From IMG/VR virus record IMGVR_UViG_3300044641_001300, positions 1-58,348 of that record: a DNA stretch of 58,348 nucleotides; one strand, 5' to 3'. Numbering within the stretch: position 1 is the first letter of the stretch; every line of letters starts with the position of its first letter. Source of the stretch: a virus (lineage: Duplodnaviria; Caudoviricetes). A program made the translations under genes and the position numbers. Positions 9,988-19,936 of this stretch are shown here, piece by piece. The notes beneath the pieces are model-generated. The model ran no database searches. It was given only the letters and a program-made list of their open reading frames with translations, and was not told the origin of the DNA.

Positions 9988-11177
9988 AATACTTGGATGT
10001 CCGAGACTCCCTCGCTGGTCACTAGGAATGTCAGCACTCCCACAGCCGCAACTTCCCCCTTGGACTGTCTCCACCAAACGCTTCCCCCGTCGAGGGCTGG
10101 TGCTTGTAGCCATTTGACTCCTCCCCAATCTGCTAGACGAAACGAATGATAATGACCCGAGACCAAAATGTCACAATCGCCTATCGACTGACGCCCGAGA
10201 GTTTGGTCAGCAATCCATCTGCGAAGTTTTGCTTCAGGGCTTCCCGCGCTACGAGCAAGGTGTCCGTGAGTAATCCCGATAATCTTTCCATTGACTTCAA
10301 CTGTAAGACTCAACTCATCTGTTGGAATAGCAAAACGGATATGACCGTAGGCTTCAGGGTTGGCTTGGAAGATTTCTGCTACTGATTCGACTAGGGCTAC
10401 ATCGTCATTGTCATTAAGAGTCGTGAAGGCTTTTCCGTTTTTACGGTTCTCACCGTGGTTTCCACCAATCGCGGCAACGGTGATATTAGGGACAACCTTT
10501 GACCAGCGGATAAGAGCATCTCTTAGGAGACGACGAGCAATTTTTACTTGGTCTCTTCTATCGACTTCAACTGTAAAGGTCTGAATGTCGTAGTGACCAT
10601 CGCATCCTTCAACTAAATCACCTAGGCATAGAACGGTGATTGAATCAATCGGACGACCTATCTTTTTTAATTCTTTAATTCTAAACTCAACATCATCAAC
10701 TGCTTGAAGCCATCTACCAACTAAACCTTTTAGACCGTCGCCATCTCTTTTACCTGTCTGCCAGTCTGCGGCACATACGACAAGGCTTGCTCCACCTGTA
10801 ATTGGTTTGCGCTCTCGGGGTTTGTGTTTCTTTATCTCTTCAATTAAGGCTTCAATATCGGCAACTTCTTGCTTGCCCTTTCGAACTACTTTGCCCTTCC
10901 ATTGGCGATTAAGAACTCCTAGAGTATCGCCCCACACATTGAAAAGGACTGGTTCTACTACTTGAAAATGCTCGGGGTCTAATCCCCACATTCGAAGAAC
11001 TCCCGACCAATCGGGCGCGGTGTCGCCCTCCATTGGTTGAGTAGTGACCATTCCTTCTTCGCCTTGCCAAGTAACCCCAGGCATCCACTCTGCTTGTCTT
11101 TGACGAGGTTCAGTTTTTTGAACTGAATTCATCTCGCTTGTTTTAAGCAGATTATCTAAAGCATCATCAAGACTCAT
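9984..11177 (-). CDS. Calcineurin-like metallophosphoesterase
   Basis: ADWQ.GK, GDLVEG, GNHGE, HGH and GHYH metal-binding motifs; start reassigned to MSLDDAL. Confidence 0.88.
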   Translation of the reverse strand: MSLDDALDNLLKTSEMNSVQKTEPRQRQAEWMPGVTWQGEEGMVTTQPMEGDTAPDWSGVLRMWGLDPEHFQVVEPVLFNVWGDTLGVLNRQWKGKVVRKGKQEVADIEALIEEIKKHKPRERKPITGGASLVVCAADWQTGKRDGDGLKGLVGRWLQAVDDVEFRIKELKKIGRPIDSITVLCLGDLVEGCDGHYDIQTFTVEVDRRDQVKIARRLLRDALIRWSKVVPNITVAAIGGNHGENRKNGKAFTTLNDNDDVALVESVAEIFQANPEAYGHIRFAIPTDELSLTVEVNGKIIGITHGHLARSAGSPEAKLRRWIADQTLGRQSIGDCDILVSGHYHSFRLADWGGVKWLQAPALDGGSVWWRQSKGEVAAVGVLTFLVTSEGVSDIQVL

Positions 11178-11550
11178 TCGGACACTTACACCCATCTTTG
11201 CCAAGTAACCTTCTACGATGTCTACGCATAACATCAGAGCCTACCGTAATGCCAAAAGTTGCTAAGACTTCTACCAAGCGAGCAGAATTAACTTTTTCAT
11301 TCCGAAGTGTTTCTTTGAACTTAGTCTGTATAGGTTCAGGTAGTTCTCTTGTAATTCTTCCTACCGAACAACCTTCTTGTACTTTCCAAACCCCAACTAA
11401 ATTATCTAGGGCAGAAGAAAACTCATCCTGATTTATTTTTGGATTTACAACGGGGACAGCGGATACTCCACGGGCGCGTTGCGCTTTCGAAGAGGAGCCT
11501 GTCACATTTCCAGCATCGCTGGAACTCATCGGTTGTTGCGTTTCTGCCAT
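11167..11550 (-). CDS. Small helical (HTH-like) protein with C-terminal RRHRR..CKC; start uncertain
   Basis: ORF track; of the type commonly found upstream of actinophage phosphoesterases. Confidence 0.5.
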   Translation of the reverse strand: MAETQQPMSSSDAGNVTGSSSKAQRARGVSAVPVVNPKINQDEFSSALDNLVGVWKVQEGCSVGRITRELPEPIQTKFKETLRNEKVNSARLVEVLATFGITVGSDVMRRHRRRLLGKDGCKCPNES

Positions 11551-11611
11551 ACGGGTCTACCACTCTCTCTTGTGGAGCCGTTGGCTCCTCGATTACATTC
11601 TCACTAGACAT
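11423..11611 (-). CDS. Mu Com-like zinc-ribbon regulator
   Basis: RCWKCDRLLFE...IRCPRCKSKN. Confidence 0.7.
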   Translation of the reverse strand: MSSENVIEEPTAPQERVVDPYGRNATTDEFQRCWKCDRLLFESATRPWSIRCPRCKSKNKSG

Positions 11612-12018
11612 CGGAAATTCACCGAGATTAGTGGACGGTACTTCGGGTCTACTCCTAACAAGTTTACTGAACCCATCGGTTCAATCCTCATAATATGCAC
11701 CCCCGAGACGGTCTTTTCAAGCACCGACGCGAGCAACACGCGAATATCTTCTGCCTTATCTCTAGCGGTTGGATAGTCCTCTCGACCCGCTCTAGTAATA
11801 ATTTGAAGCATTGGGTAATCAATTTGGATACCGCCTGAACCCATAGTAAATGTTGGAGAACTTCCAGCGTTTTCGTATACGGCTACGCAAGCATCGGGAG
11901 TTTCAGGGAGTGTTCCAAGAAAGATAGATGTACCAAGGGTGCCTTGACTGGCATGAGCGCCAAAAGCGCTTGAAGTATTTTGTAGGTAGTCACCTACTGA
12001 TTCAAGAATAGTTGCCAT
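11593..12018 (-). CDS. Tail terminator / minor capsid-3-like protein
   Basis: IFLG.LPETPD, P.LQI..R, LG.D...RP..S.NF motifs; position. Confidence 0.75.
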   Translation of the reverse strand: MATILESVGDYLQNTSSAFGAHASQGTLGTSIFLGTLPETPDACVAVYENAGSSPTFTMGSGGIQIDYPMLQIITRAGREDYPTARDKAEDIRVLLASVLEKTVSGVHIMRIEPMGSVNLLGVDPKYRPLISVNFRCLVRM

Positions 12019-12428
12019 TAGCCTCTATGCCCTTTCTGTATGATGTCGATAATTCTACCCTTTATGTTTTGCTGGATTGTGGACATCGCTTCCATGACGG
12101 GTTGCTCAAGATATTTAGCCTGTGTCGGTGGATTGTGATAGTTGCCGATAATCTCATGGACATAAAGAGCATAAGAGGCGGCAGGACCACCATAAAAAAT
12201 ATCCACAAAATAGCCTTGGCTTCCCATTTGTGGAGCAGAAACTCCGCCTGAGCCACGAAGAACTCCAGTATCTACTGGAACAAGAACCTGAGACTTAGCA
12301 AAAATAACATTGGCTTCTTCATAAATCGCTTGGGCTATTGCTTGAGGGGTATCTTCTTTACCAGCCTTAAGAGCATTAACTAATTCTTTATCGCCGAATA
12401 AATCGAGTTTGAAAGACGCCTTCGCCAT
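12018..12428 (-). CDS. HK97 gp10-like tail completion protein
   Basis: VPVDTG.LR.S, YALYVHE, QAKYLE.P. Confidence 0.85.
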   Translation of the reverse strand: MAKASFKLDLFGDKELVNALKAGKEDTPQAIAQAIYEEANVIFAKSQVLVPVDTGVLRGSGGVSAPQMGSQGYFVDIFYGGPAASYALYVHEIIGNYHNPPTQAKYLEQPVMEAMSTIQQNIKGRIIDIIQKGHRG

Positions 12429-12430
12429 AA

Positions 12431-12766
12431 CTAACGCCCAAATCTGATGACGGTGTGATGCGCTCCGTTTTCGTCTGCGATGTTGTCTACTGCATTTATC
12501 GTAAAGGTGTCCGCCCCGACGACCATCCTATGAGCAACCGTGATTGATGTCGCGGGACCCTTTGTGATGAATCGTCCAATATCAACAATTTCGATACCTT
12601 GAACATCTTTAGATTTTGTAGTTTCGTAAATTAAACGACCAGTAACAGTTACATTTGTATTAGAAGCACCAAAAGTAGTTTTATTGTATTTATCAACCGA
12701 TGATTTTGGTGTGAAAACAACAGAGTCAGTCATGAACTCCGCTACTTTGTTATAGATAGCATCCAT
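12431..12766 (-). CDS. Head closure / head-tail adaptor
   Basis: 111 aa beta-rich, D.Y.K motif, position. Confidence 0.65.
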   Translation of the reverse strand: MDAIYNKVAEFMTDSVVFTPKSSVDKYNKTTFGASNTNVTVTGRLIYETTKSKDVQGIEIVDIGRFITKGPATSITVAHRMVVGADTFTINAVDNIADENGAHHTVIRFGR

Positions 12767-12775
12767 TGGCTACCC

Positions 12776-13222
12776 CTATTCAACTATACGATGGTCGTAG
12801 ACATTGTTAGGGTTATCGTGAATTCCAGCATAAGCATCGGTGTTGTAGTCATCGACAATTCTGTCATTTGTAGATTTAAGTGCCTGAGCGTTTGCGAATG
12901 GACGAGGAGGAGCCTTACGCATATTTCTAAGCAAGAATGAAGCGGCTAGTTCTTTATACTGTTGAGCCTTGGCTGTATAGGACTCAGATACAGAAATATC
13001 TCCAACGCTCTTAGAAGTTGAATCTGAAAGGCGAACAAAGCGAGATACTAAAGTCTCACACGCCGCACGGCAGATTTCATAAACATTTGTACCCCACTCG
13101 GTAATTAAATAATCTAATTCCTCGTCAGTAAATAGAACATCGGTTGAATCCGTATCGTTGATAAGGAAGCGAACTTTATTCCGTGTAGAGGTAGTCGGGT
13201 CTCCCGAGTAGGTAAATGTCAT
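12776..13222 (-). CDS. Head-tail connector protein
   Basis: TYSGDP....VRFLI.DTD...F.DEE..YL motif; position. Confidence 0.75.
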   Translation of the reverse strand: MTFTYSGDPTTSTRNKVRFLINDTDSTDVLFTDEELDYLITEWGTNVYEICRAACETLVSRFVRLSDSTSKSVGDISVSESYTAKAQQYKELAASFLLRNMRKAPPRPFANAQALKSTNDRIVDDYNTDAYAGIHDNPNNVYDHRIVE

Positions 13223-13764
13223 TACATTCCACCAAGCAAAAGCATTTGAGTACGAGCAAGATTTAAGGCTTGCTTAACATTGACGGCATCGGTATCTGTT
13301 GATTCAGAGGCATCGCCTAAATCTGTAATCTTAAAACTTCCAGCCGCGAGAGCGTTGCCTAAAGTACCGCTAGTGATTGTGGCACTTGTTAGCGTTCCCC
13401 CGCTAATTGTTCCTGTAAGGGTTGCGGCATTGATGGTTGGAGAAGTCAAAGTCTTGTTAGTTAAAGTATCAGTTGTAGCCCGTCCAACTAAAGTATCGGT
13501 TGCGTTAGGAAGAGTTACAACTCGGTCAGCCGTTGGGTCTGTAACCGTTAAGGTAGTTTCAAAACCATCATTAGTAGTACCTTCAAAAATAATGTCGGCG
13601 CCAGCACCAAGGGTTACTGTTGAGGTAAACGCTGGAGCAGATTTAAGAATGTAATCATCTAACTCTGTGTCTACATCTGTTGCTAAATTAAGGAAATCAG
13701 TATGAACGGCAGGGTTGTCTCCCGCTGTTGGATAGCGTAGACCCTTAGTTGTTGTACCTGCCAT
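13222..13764 (-). CDS. Fibre-like virion protein
   Basis: TLTNKTLTSP repeat, TTKGLRYP start, DAVNVKQ motif. Confidence 0.6.
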   Translation of the reverse strand: MAGTTTKGLRYPTAGDNPAVHTDFLNLATDVDTELDDYILKSAPAFTSTVTLGAGADIIFEGTTNDGFETTLTVTDPTADRVVTLPNATDTLVGRATTDTLTNKTLTSPTINAATLTGTISGGTLTSATITSGTLGNALAAGSFKITDLGDASESTDTDAVNVKQALNLARTQMLLLGGM

Positions 13765-13787
13765 TTTATACTCCTATTGGATAATAA

Positions 13788-14024
13788 TTAGATTACGAGA
13801 ACTGCGGCTTCTTCTGCCGTAAGAGGTTCGCCAGCAACTAATTTTGCTTTAGCAGATGTTTTAAGAGTTTCTAACGCTAAACGCTCAATTTCTTGCTGTG
13901 CAACAAAAGCATCTAACTCAATCTTTGCTTGTTCCCGAGCCGAAATTTCTGCCTCGGTAAGCGGAATCTGTTGCGCGATACCAGTAGAACAATCTACGAC
14001 GGTATGAATAAGTTGTTCGGTCAT
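13788..14024 (-). CDS. Small fibre-associated protein
   Basis: Start reassigned to MTEQLIHTVVDCSTG; coupled to the upstream stop. Confidence 0.55.
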   Translation of the reverse strand: MTEQLIHTVVDCSTGIAQQIPLTEAEISAREQAKIELDAFVAQQEIERLALETLKTSAKAKLVAGEPLTAEEAAVLVI

Positions 14025-14383
14025 TACATTTCCTTCCAATTTGTAGGTATTTCTACCCAAGATGTAGTTTCTTCGTTCCAAGTAAATAGTTTACCTTCTA
14101 CAACTGGTTCAGGAGTTGGGGCTTCCCATTGACAGGTATCCTCGTTTAGCACCCACGAAGGAAACGGACTATCAGTTATGAAAGCATCAAGCCGTGAATC
14201 ATACTTTGAACCAATTCCAGCAAAATTTTTGCGGATTGTGCCATTGTAAGATGTTTGAATCCAAGTGCCACCAAGCCCTAAATCATTGGCTAAGTAATCT
14301 TGAACTCTTGCTTCTTCGCTATCGGGTATAACAAGAACGCGCAAAACTACGCCTTCGTTATCTATTTCTGCCGCGTGTGCCAT
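14024..14383 (-). CDS. Putative fibre assembly protein
   Basis: MAHAAEID, WIQTSYNG..RKNFAGIG, PFPSW.L.E.TC.WEAP motifs, typically found after glycine-rich fibre genes. Confidence 0.6.
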   Translation of the reverse strand: MAHAAEIDNEGVVLRVLVIPDSEEARVQDYLANDLGLGGTWIQTSYNGTIRKNFAGIGSKYDSRLDAFITDSPFPSWVLNEDTCQWEAPTPEPVVEGKLFTWNEETTSWVEIPTNWKEM

Positions 14384-14393
14384 TTTTATCTCC

Positions 14394-15737
14394 TTATATT
14401 TCGTATCTTACAATAATGATTCCTGAACCACCTGAACCTTCGAAACCAGTAGAGCCACTAGTCCAATTAGTTCCACCACCTGAACCAGTATTGCGAGTTC
14501 CAGGAGTGGCGTTACCTCCGCCACCACCGTCTCCACCTGCACCTGTGTTGTTGAGGTTATTTGAACCACCACCACCACCACCTGCATAAAAACCATTTAC
14601 TCCTGTGCGTGTAGCAGAAGCCCAAGATGAATAAGCGTTTGTTCCATCTCCGCCTTGAGAACCACCGTCGGTATTTCCTGCCTCGCCAGCACCACCACCG
14701 CCACCGCCCGAGTTAGAAACAACATAAGCACCGCCAGCAAAACCTTGACCTGCTGTTCCAGCACCAGGTCCAGGTGTATTTTCCGCCGCACCTGCACCGC
14801 CACCTGAACCACCAGCGTTACCACCGACACTTCCTACATTTGAACCACCACCGCCACCCCCAACTGATGCAGTTAGAGAAGCGAACTGAGAGTTAGAGCC
14901 GTTGAGACCTCGATTGCTCTTTTGGGTTATTCCGCCAGCACCAACTACTGCTGTGTAAGACTGTTGCGTAAGAGACTGACTGCTGTGAAGAAGAACACCA
15001 CCAGCGCCACCGCCACCGCCGCCGTTATTTCCAGCGCCACCGCCACCAGCAATTACAAGAACATCTGCTGTCAAATCTTGAATTGGTGTAAACAAGCCTG
15101 ACTTTAAGAAAGCATGATAGTAATAAGTAGAATCACGACTAATAATATCTCCACCCGTAGCGTACGGAGCGATTGAAGGAGTTTGATTTTCTCCAGCAAT
15201 TCCATAAACAGAAACAGATGTTCCTTGAACAAAATTTGCCGCGCCATTTCCGTTTGAAAAAGCATCAAGCGTAATTGTATTCACAGCGGTAGAGTCTGAC
15301 CATAAGCCCCCAATCGCCATAATTGTTCCGAAACCACCAAAGTTACCACCAGTACCTTCAGACATTACTGCCTTTGAATCAGATGATGTGTAATTTGTTA
15401 TCCAAAACTCGGTATTTCCATAAGTGTTTGCCGTCCAATCACTAGGCACGGCACCGCCTAAAGGAATAGCAGAGGTGCGCGAGTAATAATTATTTGCATC
15501 AGAATTTATGGAAGTTGAGCCTTCATATTGAAGAAATAAATGTGTGTAATTTGAAGTTGCACCATTTAATGTAAGCCAAAAACCATTTTGGTATCCGCCG
15601 TTGGCTTCATCTGCTCTACCGCTTAAAAGAACGCGCAAGTGCTTGTATCCAGTCTGCGGTAAATTAGCGATTGAGATGGTTGCAGAAGTTTCACTTAAAA
15701 CAATTCGCCGCAAAAGAACATGATTATTAGTAGGCAT
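14394..15737 (-). CDS. Glycine-rich fibre/receptor-binding protein
   Basis: 447 aa; VIAGGGG...GGSGIIIVRY glycine-rich domain. Confidence 0.8.
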   Translation of the reverse strand: MPTNNHVLLRRIVLSETSATISIANLPQTGYKHLRVLLSGRADEANGGYQNGFWLTLNGATSNYTHLFLQYEGSTSINSDANNYYSRTSAIPLGGAVPSDWTANTYGNTEFWITNYTSSDSKAVMSEGTGGNFGGFGTIMAIGGLWSDSTAVNTITLDAFSNGNGAANFVQGTSVSVYGIAGENQTPSIAPYATGGDIISRDSTYYYHAFLKSGLFTPIQDLTADVLVIAGGGGAGNNGGGGGGAGGVLLHSSQSLTQQSYTAVVGAGGITQKSNRGLNGSNSQFASLTASVGGGGGGSNVGSVGGNAGGSGGGAGAAENTPGPGAGTAGQGFAGGAYVVSNSGGGGGGAGEAGNTDGGSQGGDGTNAYSSWASATRTGVNGFYAGGGGGGSNNLNNTGAGGDGGGGGNATPGTRNTGSGGGTNWTSGSTGFEGSGGSGIIIVRYEI

Positions 15738-15746
15738 TATTTATCC

Positions 15747-17099
15747 TCACACTTTCGCATATCTAACAATAACAATTCCTGAGCCACCTTGACCACCATC
15801 TTCACCAAAACTTGAGCCACTTGCAGTTCCACCAGCGCCACCGCCACCAGTTGCAGGAAGCCCTTGACCAACAAAACTATAACCTGCATACATACTGCTA
15901 CCACCACCGCCAAAAGCGGGGTTAAGCGCATTATCTTGTGCGGAGTCTGCCGCAGAACCACCACCCGCAAAGTAAACATTTCCTTGTCTTACATCACCTT
16001 GACCAGTAGCACGACCCATAGCGTTAATTAGAGAACTTGTTGCTCCGATTCCGCCAGCACCGCCACCGATTGCCGCTACTCCTGCATAACCAACAGCGCC
16101 AGCACCACCACCACCACCGCCGTTATATGCCTGAATTCCTTGACCACCAGCGAAACCTTGTCCTGCGGTTCCAGCACCGCCAGCAGGTGAAGCGTTGTTA
16201 ATACCACCACCACCACCGCCTGAGCCACCAGCATTACCAGTATTTGATGATGAACCACCACCACCGCCACCAATACATTCTGTCAAAGCACCAAATCTTG
16301 AGTTTGAACCATTTGAGCCGTTTGCTACGGCGGGACCATTTCCACCAGCGCCACCAGCACCTACGGTTACTGTGTAACTAGTAGCGCTAAGAGATTGAGA
16401 TGCAAAAGTTAATAGACCACCAGCGCCACCGCCGCCTGAGTAGTGTTGTCCTGCCTGACCAGCACCACCACCGCCACCACCTGCGACAACAAGAATGTCA
16501 GCAGTCAAAGATTGCAAGGGAGTAAATGTTCCTGTCCTTCCAAAAACATGATAGAAATAATCGGCATCCGAGTAAATATCTCCACCGTTTGCTTTGGTAG
16601 TTGCAACAGTTGATTCAGCCTTTATACCCATTAAACTAAATGTTGAACCAACAGCAAACTGTCCACTACTTGCAGAAATAGTAATTGAAGTAATTGCACT
16701 TGTGCTATCAAAAGAAGATACAGCAATAACAACGGCTGAGTTTACTATACCACCGCGAGAAATAAAAGATTTTTTTCCAAAAGTATTTGCATAATTTAAG
16801 AAGCGTATAACATGAATACTTGGAGAACCGCTAACATCTCCGACAAATCCTCTTGTTAATCTATCTGCTCCTTTATTATTGCCAGTCAAGGCATAAATGC
16901 GAGAAGTAGAATAGTTTGAACCTGTACTCGATACACCATTCAAAGTGACTAAAACTTCAGCAACGGCAGTAGTAGAAAGTTTTGAGTTAATAATTAAATC
17001 AAGGTCTGTATAACCTGAGTCAAAACCACTAAGGGTTACAGATGAAGTAGCAGTTGGAACTGAATACTCTGAAATTGCATAATATGTGTCGGTAGCCAT
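15747..17099 (-). CDS. Glycine-rich fibre/receptor-binding protein (paralogue)
   Basis: 450 aa; same architecture as 14394-15737. Confidence 0.8.
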   Translation of the reverse strand: MATDTYYAISEYSVPTATSSVTLSGFDSGYTDLDLIINSKLSTTAVAEVLVTLNGVSSTGSNYSTSRIYALTGNNKGADRLTRGFVGDVSGSPSIHVIRFLNYANTFGKKSFISRGGIVNSAVVIAVSSFDSTSAITSITISASSGQFAVGSTFSLMGIKAESTVATTKANGGDIYSDADYFYHVFGRTGTFTPLQSLTADILVVAGGGGGGAGQAGQHYSGGGGAGGLLTFASQSLSATSYTVTVGAGGAGGNGPAVANGSNGSNSRFGALTECIGGGGGGSSSNTGNAGGSGGGGGGINNASPAGGAGTAGQGFAGGQGIQAYNGGGGGGAGAVGYAGVAAIGGGAGGIGATSSLINAMGRATGQGDVRQGNVYFAGGGSAADSAQDNALNPAFGGGGSSMYAGYSFVGQGLPATGGGGAGGTASGSSFGEDGGQGGSGIVIVRYAKV

Positions 17100-17711
17100 T
17101 TATCGAATCCCATACAAAGCGAAGTGAGAAGATGCGCCGTAGTTAGCCTGATTTGGGAAAATCGTAATACTTCGGACACCATCAGTAGAGTTATACATTC
17201 CTGACCACATACTTACTTTACCGCTAGAACCGTCAGTAGCATCAAATCCTCCAATAACTTTTAGAGTTTTCTTTTTTGTCAAAATTGAATAATCTTCAAT
17301 AAGAGCAATTTGTACTCCGTAATAATTTGGAAACGAACCACCGCGAGGATAGTCAGGACCGTACATTGGGTCGGTATTTGTTATACTGGATGCCGCAAGC
17401 GCTGAACTTCCACCGCCTAAAGTGTGCTTATTGTAAGTGTATGAAGGTCGTACAGGATATTCGTCATTAAATGTCCAAGCAGTTTCTCCAAAACCAGTAG
17501 CCTCACCAGTTCCTCCACGCATATAACAACGCAATTCTAAGTGATTGTAATTTTGCGGAATCGCATCAAAAGTAATTGAAGAAGTATTACCTGCCAAAGT
17601 AAAAGTTGCAATAGACTGATATGCACCAACGGGGGTAAAAGAACTTCCCGAGGGCGCTTTACCAAATCCAGCACCATACGCCGCAGAAGCGCGACCAGCA
17701 ATAATTGGCAT
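17100..17711 (-). CDS. Fibre-associated protein (N-terminal-domain-only paralogue of the Gly-rich proteins)
   Basis: SITF..IPQ.Y.HL.LR and SITI......F.LYGI motifs shared with the two downstream genes. Confidence 0.6.
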   Translation of the reverse strand: MPIIAGRASAAYGAGFGKAPSGSSFTPVGAYQSIATFTLAGNTSSITFDAIPQNYNHLELRCYMRGGTGEATGFGETAWTFNDEYPVRPSYTYNKHTLGGGSSALAASSITNTDPMYGPDYPRGGSFPNYYGVQIALIEDYSILTKKKTLKVIGGFDATDGSSGKVSMWSGMYNSTDGVRSITIFPNQANYGASSHFALYGIR

Positions 17712-17722
17712 GAGCCGTCTCC

Positions 17723-18922
17723 TTATGCGAACTTAGTTTGTGAGGCTAGTACCGTAAAGGTAGCGCTTCCTGTCTTAATAATAGTGTAGACATACGAATC
17801 AATCGAAGATGCGTTTCCAGCGGAGAAGGCTGTTCCTGTTATGTACTTGGGAGTAACTGCGTTTCCGTCAATAGTTAGAGCAGAACCGTAATAAGCAGTT
17901 GCGCCTTGAGTAACCAAGAAAACGATAGTGATTGAATCGTTTGTGGCTAAAGAATCATTGAGCGTAGTTGAACCATCTCCACGAACATTGAGAGTCCAGT
18001 TAGCAGAAGCGTTTGATGTGTAGTAGAGAACGCCCTGTGTAAGAGCATCGTAGTTTACTGTTCCTGTTGCCGCTGTTGCAGATACGGTCAAACGCTCTTC
18101 AGGTGATTTAAGAATTGCAGTATTCAAAACTGGGCTAGTCAAAGTCTTGTTTGTAAGAGTTTCTGAGCCAGCCAATGACGCAACATCAGCATCAGATACA
18201 GCAGTATTTAACTCAGCAAGAGTGGCTGTAACTGTATTTGTGGCAAGACTGACTGACTTATTTGTGAGCGTCGTAGTAGAAGAAGCCGTAACGGTAATAT
18301 CTGATGTGAGCGCAACCGTACCTGTTGAATCAGGGAATGTGATTGTTCTATCCGCTGTTGGGTCTGTAATTGCTAAAGTTGTTTCAAAGTCGTTTGCTGT
18401 TGCACCTTCAAAAACTACTGAGCCATCATTAAAAATTGCTCCAGTTATTGTCGGGGTTGTAAGAGTTTTGTTTGTAAGAGTTTGTGTATCTGTTGTTCCA
18501 ACGATTGTTCCGCTTGGGACTGCTTTACCAAGAACCTCTGTTGAGGACAATACTACTGAGCCAGCAATCTCATAACTTTTGCCAGTTAGCAGGTTAAAAT
18601 CTTCTGAAGAAGTCCACGCATCTGTGGCATCTACCCAGTTAAGACTTTTATCTGTTGCACCCTTAAGCGTGATACCGCCACCATCGGCTGTTACATCAGT
18701 TGGAGTTGCTACATCTGCAAGAACAATGTTCTTATCTTCAACTACGAGGTTAGTCGTGTTGATGTTTGTTGTTGTACCAGTAACGGTCAAATCGCCAGCG
18801 ATTGTTGTTGTACCAGTAATGCCAACTCCACCAGTAATAACTGGAGCGGCTAAAGTTTTGTTTGAAAGTGTTACTACTGCATCTGCGGTGACTCCAGCGC
18901 CACCATTAGTGGTAATTGCCAT
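17723..18922 (-). CDS. Fibre shaft protein
   Basis: 399 aa, several TLTNKTL repeats, NL.VEDKNI.L...ADGGGI.LKG module. Confidence 0.7.
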   Translation of the reverse strand: MAITTNGGAGVTADAVVTLSNKTLAAPVITGGVGITGTTTIAGDLTVTGTTTNINTTNLVVEDKNIVLADVATPTDVTADGGGITLKGATDKSLNWVDATDAWTSSEDFNLLTGKSYEIAGSVVLSSTEVLGKAVPSGTIVGTTDTQTLTNKTLTTPTITGAIFNDGSVVFEGATANDFETTLAITDPTADRTITFPDSTGTVALTSDITVTASSTTTLTNKSVSLATNTVTATLAELNTAVSDADVASLAGSETLTNKTLTSPVLNTAILKSPEERLTVSATAATGTVNYDALTQGVLYYTSNASANWTLNVRGDGSTTLNDSLATNDSITIVFLVTQGATAYYGSALTIDGNAVTPKYITGTAFSAGNASSIDSYVYTIIKTGSATFTVLASQTKFA

Positions 18923-19254
18923 TATGCTGTTATCTCGCTTCCAAAGGCGTTGAATGACATAGTTGATGCTGATGCGTAGATAGTTAAAACATCTGAAGCA
19001 TCAATGGTTAGACCTAGTGTGTAAGCCGCTGTGGTATTGGCTTGAATTGTTGCGTCGTACACAACATAGTGTTCAGGAGCGATTGCCGCTCCGTTTGGAC
19101 GAACAGCAATTCTGTATGTTCCTTGACTTGCCGCTTGGTTACAAATTGTGACTGTTGAGATAACCGTTTGTGTTGCGGCAGGGCAGGTGTACAGAGTGGT
19201 GTTCGTCGTGGCTGAGGGATTGGATTGACCCAATACCTTATAGGTTGTTGCCAT
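18922..19254 (-). CDS. Small structural/adaptor protein (MATTYKVLGQ family)
   Basis: 110 aa beta-rich ending FNAFGSEI. Confidence 0.6.
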   Translation of the reverse strand: MATTYKVLGQSNPSATTNTTLYTCPAATQTVISTVTICNQAASQGTYRIAVRPNGAAIAPEHYVVYDATIQANTTAAYTLGLTIDASDVLTIYASASTMSFNAFGSEITA

Positions 19255-19258
19255 ACGG

Positions 19259-19936
19259 TTATCCTCCGATTAGAAGTAATGGACTGATTGTACCAGTCGC
19301 GTTATTTGTGGCTGTTGTTGCGCTTGCTGAAGCACTTGACGCTGAGGCTTGAGCCAAGGTGACGAAGGCAGAAACATCTGCGCCATCCAAACTGTACTCA
19401 CTAGCGGTTAATGCGGTATAAGTTGCAAACGCAGTATCTAACGCCGTGTATGTGGCGTATGTACTAGGGATGTACCAATACTTTCCTGAAGCAAGAATCT
19501 TATCTGTTGTCTGATTGATTAAGACATCTAAGGCGGTAATGTTGGTTTCAAGAGTTGTAAAACTTGTTTCGTCGATAGCCTGTACGAAGTTCTCACTAAG
19601 GGTAGGGGTAGGGCTAAGGTCGGCTAAATCTAGTGAGCCAGCAGTCGTATAAGGCACCGAAATCGTGTATGTACGCCCTCCAGCAAAGGATTCTTCAACG
19701 GTATAGACAAAAGGGTTAGGTATGACATCAGGGTCGTTTGTAGCGGGTAGAGTGACCGAAAAAGCACCAGCGCTTAGAGGAACTACGATGCTTGAGGGAG
19801 CGACCATTTGGTCATCTGTACCGTTACGAAGAACATCACCAAGGGTAAATCGAACCTGTCCAGCAATAGCCGCACCTTCAAAATTTACATAATTACCTGT
19901 AATAGTTACCGTTGTCAGAGTTGCGGCGAGTGCCAT
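19259..19936 (-). CDS. Structural protein (Ig-like anchor plus coiled segment)
   Basis: Paralogous to 20135-20680 (G.YV...G....G; F.V.LP.T.D.DV.P.PF.YT.EE.F.GGRT). Confidence 0.6.
   Translation of the reverse strand: MALAATLTTVTITGNYVNFEGAAIAGQVRFTLGDVLRNGTDDQMVAPSSIVVPLSAGAFSVTLPATNDPDVIPNPFVYTVEESFAGGRTYTISVPYTTAGSLDLADLSPTPTLSENFVQAIDETSFTTLETNITALDVLINQTTDKILASGKYWYIPSTYATYTALDTAFATYTALTASEYSLDGADVSAFVTLAQASASSASASATTATNNATGTISPLLLIGG

Noticed and set aside
14400-16500. ccaccaccgcc repeats and alternative-frame Val/Pro ORFs
   Set aside because: Produced by poly-Gly codons of the fibre genes
13222-18922. Diversity-generating retroelement acting on fibre genes
   Set aside because: No reverse transcriptase, and no template/variable repeat pair differing only at adenines was seen
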